This document shows positions 61,711-64,000 of a DNA stretch of 64,000 nt, piece by piece. Positions within the stretch are counted from its first letter, which is position 1. Every line of letters begins with the position of its first letter. Below the pieces are notes generated by a model. That model saw nothing but the letters and a program-made list of their open reading frames with translations. It did not search any database and was not told the origin of the DNA. The stretch comes from Eledone cirrhosa (taxonomy: Eukaryota), in assembly GCA_964016885.1 (NCBI GenBank), contig OZ024740.1, forward strand, positions 317,688,001-317,752,000, given 5' to 3'. A program made the translations under genes and the position numbers.

Positions 61711-64000
61711 ATACACCACTCCAGACCTGCAATATATACACCACTCCTGACCTCCAATCTATACACCACTCTAGTCCACTAATCTATACACCACTCTAGC
61801 CCTGCAATCTATACACCACTCCAGACCTCCAATCTATACTCCACTCCAGACCTCCAATCTATACACCACTCCAGACCTCCAATCTATATACCACACAAGA
61901 CCACCATTCTAAACACTACTCTAGACTTCCAATCTATAAACCACACCAGACTTCTAATCTATACACCACTCCAGACATCCAATCTATACACCACTCCAGA
62001 CCTCCAATCTATACACCACTCCAGACCTTCAATCTATACACCACTCCAGACCTTCAATCCATACTCCACTCCAGACTTCCAATCTATACAGCACTCCAGA
62101 CCTCCAAGATATACACCACTCCAGACCTCCAATCTATACACCACTCTAGAACACTAATCTATACACCACTCAAGACCTCCAATCTATACACCACTCCAGA
62201 CCTCCAATCTTTACACCACTCAAGACCACCAATCTATACACCACTCAAGACCTCCAATCTATACACCAATCCAGACCTCCAATCTATACACCACTCCAGA
62301 CTTCAATTATATACACCACTCCACACTTCCAATCTATACACCACTCCAGACTTCCAATCTATACACCACTCCAGACCTTCAATCCATACACCATACCAGA
62401 CTTCCAATCTATACACCACTCCAGGCCCCCAATCTATACACCACTCCAGACCTCCAATCTATACACCACTCCAGACCTCCAATCTATACACCACTCTAGA
62501 CCACCAATCTATACACCACTCCAGACCTCCAATCTATACACCACTCCAGGCCTCCGATCTATACTCCACTCCAGACCACCAAGCTATACACCACTCTAGA
62601 CCACTAATCTATACACCACTCCAGGCCACCAATTTATACACCACTCTAGACCACTAATCTATACACCACTCCAGACCTCCAATCTATACTCCACTCCAGA
62701 CCTCCAATCTATACACCACTCCAGACCTCCAATCTATATACCACACAAGACCACCAATCTAAACACTACTCTAGACTTCCAATCTATAAACCACACCAGA
62801 CCTCCTATCTATACACCACTCCAGACCTCCAATCTATACACCACTCTAGACCTTCAATCCATACTCCACTCCAGACTTCCAATCTATACACCACTCCAGA
62901 CCTCCAAGATATACACCACTCCAGACCTCCAATCTATACACCACTCTAGAACACTAATCTATACACCACTCCAGACCTCAAATCTATACACCACTCCAGG
63001 CCTCCAATCTATACACCACTCAACACCACCAATCTATACACCACTCCAGGCCTCCAATCTATACACTACTCGAGACCACCAATCTATACACCACTCCAGA
63101 CCACTAATCTATACAGCGCTCCAGACTTCTAATCTATACACCACTCCAGACTTCCAATCTATACACCACTCTAGACCACCAATCTATAAACCACTCCAGA
63201 CCTCCAATCCATACACCACTCCAGACCTCCAATCCATACACCACTCTAGACCACCAATCTATAAACCACTCCAGACCTCCAATCCATATACCACTCCAGA
63301 CTTCCAATCTATACACCACTTCAGACACAAAGCTATACACCATTCCAGACATCCAATCTATACACCACTCCAGACATTCAATCCATATACCACTCCAGAC
63401 TTCCAATCTATACACCACTCCAGACACAAAGCTATACACCATTCCAGACATCCAATCTATACACCACTCTAGACCATCAATCTATACACCACTCCAGACC
63501 TCCAATCTATACACCACTCCAGTACTCCAATCTATACATCACTCCAGACTTCCAATCTATACACCACTCCAGACCTCCAATCTATACACCACTATAGACC
63601 TCCAATCTATACACCACTCCAGACTTCCAATCTATACACCACTCCAGACCTCAAATTTATACACCACTCTAGTCCACTAATCTATACACCACTCTAGACC
63701 TGCAATCTATACACCACTTCAGACCTCCAATCTATACACCACTCCAGACCTCCAATCTATACACCACTCCAGACCTCCAATATATACACCATTCCAGACT
63801 TCCAATCTATACACCACTCCAGACCACCAATCTATACACCACTCCAGACCTCCGATCTATACACCAATCCAGACCTCCAATCTATACACCACTCCAGACT
63901 TCAAATCTATACACCACTCCAGACTTCCAATCTATACACCACTCCAGACCTTCAATCCATACACCATACCAGACTTCCAATCTATACACCACTCCAGATT

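Larger units (their letters stand above)
1..64000. repeat. 25-bp tandem satellite array, consensus CAATCTATACACCACTCCAGACCTC (~2,560 monomers, single orientation, runs off both window ends)
   Basis: The monomer recurs every 25 bp from position 1 to the end; most copies carry 0-3 substitutions and indels are rare; no non-repeat sequence seen. Confidence 0.99.
41751..64000. repeat. Satellite sub-family domain 3
   Basis: Diagnostic variants TCTAGTCCACT, TCTAGCCCTG, TATATACCACACAAG, TCTAAACACTACT and 24-bp monomers TCTATAACCACT and GACACAAAGC; TCTAG variants are much more frequent here. Confidence 0.85.

Noticed and set aside
455-63451. Recurrent 61-105 aa minus-strand ORFs (W/G/V-rich) as a small-protein family
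   Set aside because: They arise where variants remove the consensus TAG for a few monomers; their recurrence only marks DNA duplications.
1-64000. CRISPR or CRISPR-like repeat-spacer array
   Set aside because: Monomers abut directly; the variable part is 5 bp of related sequence rather than unique spacers; no leader, palindrome or cas genes.
1-64000. Canonical telomerase-made telomere tract
   Set aside because: Too long and degenerate, and variants are copied in kb-scale blocks, which template-directed synthesis would not produce. Only the weaker telomere-like hypothesis is kept.
1-64000. TATA boxes and CCAAT boxes (TATAAA variants; CCAAT at each monomer junction)
   Set aside because: Short motifs intrinsic to the repeat, with no downstream gene or promoter context.
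1-64000. Chi site or Jeffreys minisatellite core similarity (TGGTGG, GGAGGT on the minus strand)
   Set aside because: Only partial matches, expected in any G-rich repeat; no exact GCTGGTGG noticed.
1-64000. Plasmid iterons, antigenic-variation cassettes or diversity-generating retroelement repeats
   Set aside because: No rep, recombinase, reverse transcriptase or target gene is present, and the scale and nested duplication pattern fit satellite DNA.

Overview
The whole 64 kb is one uninterrupted, head-to-tail tandem array of a 25-bp monomer, consensus CAATCTATACACCACTCCAGACCTC (about 2,560 copies; 11 C, 8 A, 5 T, 1 G on the + strand). I saw no unique sequence, inversion, transposon, RNA gene or credible protein gene. 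All listed ORFs are translations of the repeat: 25 is not divisible by 3 and the + consensus has no stop, so all three + frames give the same cyclic 25-aa peptide. The information lies in the pattern of variant monomers. It defines three successive sub-family domains (about 1-23.5 kb, 23.5-41.8 kb and 41.8-64 kb), each built by nested tandem duplications ranging from 75 bp to near-identical 5.4-6.2 kb blocks. This looks like eukaryotic-type satellite/minisatellite DNA with higher-order repeats. The organism and chromosomal role (centromeric, subtelomeric or interstitial) cannot be determined from this window. I cannot support a new gene system here. The best leads are structural: four GG runs per monomer on the G-rich strand, a telomere-like strand bias and core motif, a hypervariable 5-bp slot, and a recurring ~5.4-6.2 kb duplication size. 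Boundaries were read by eye and are approximate to about one monomer.
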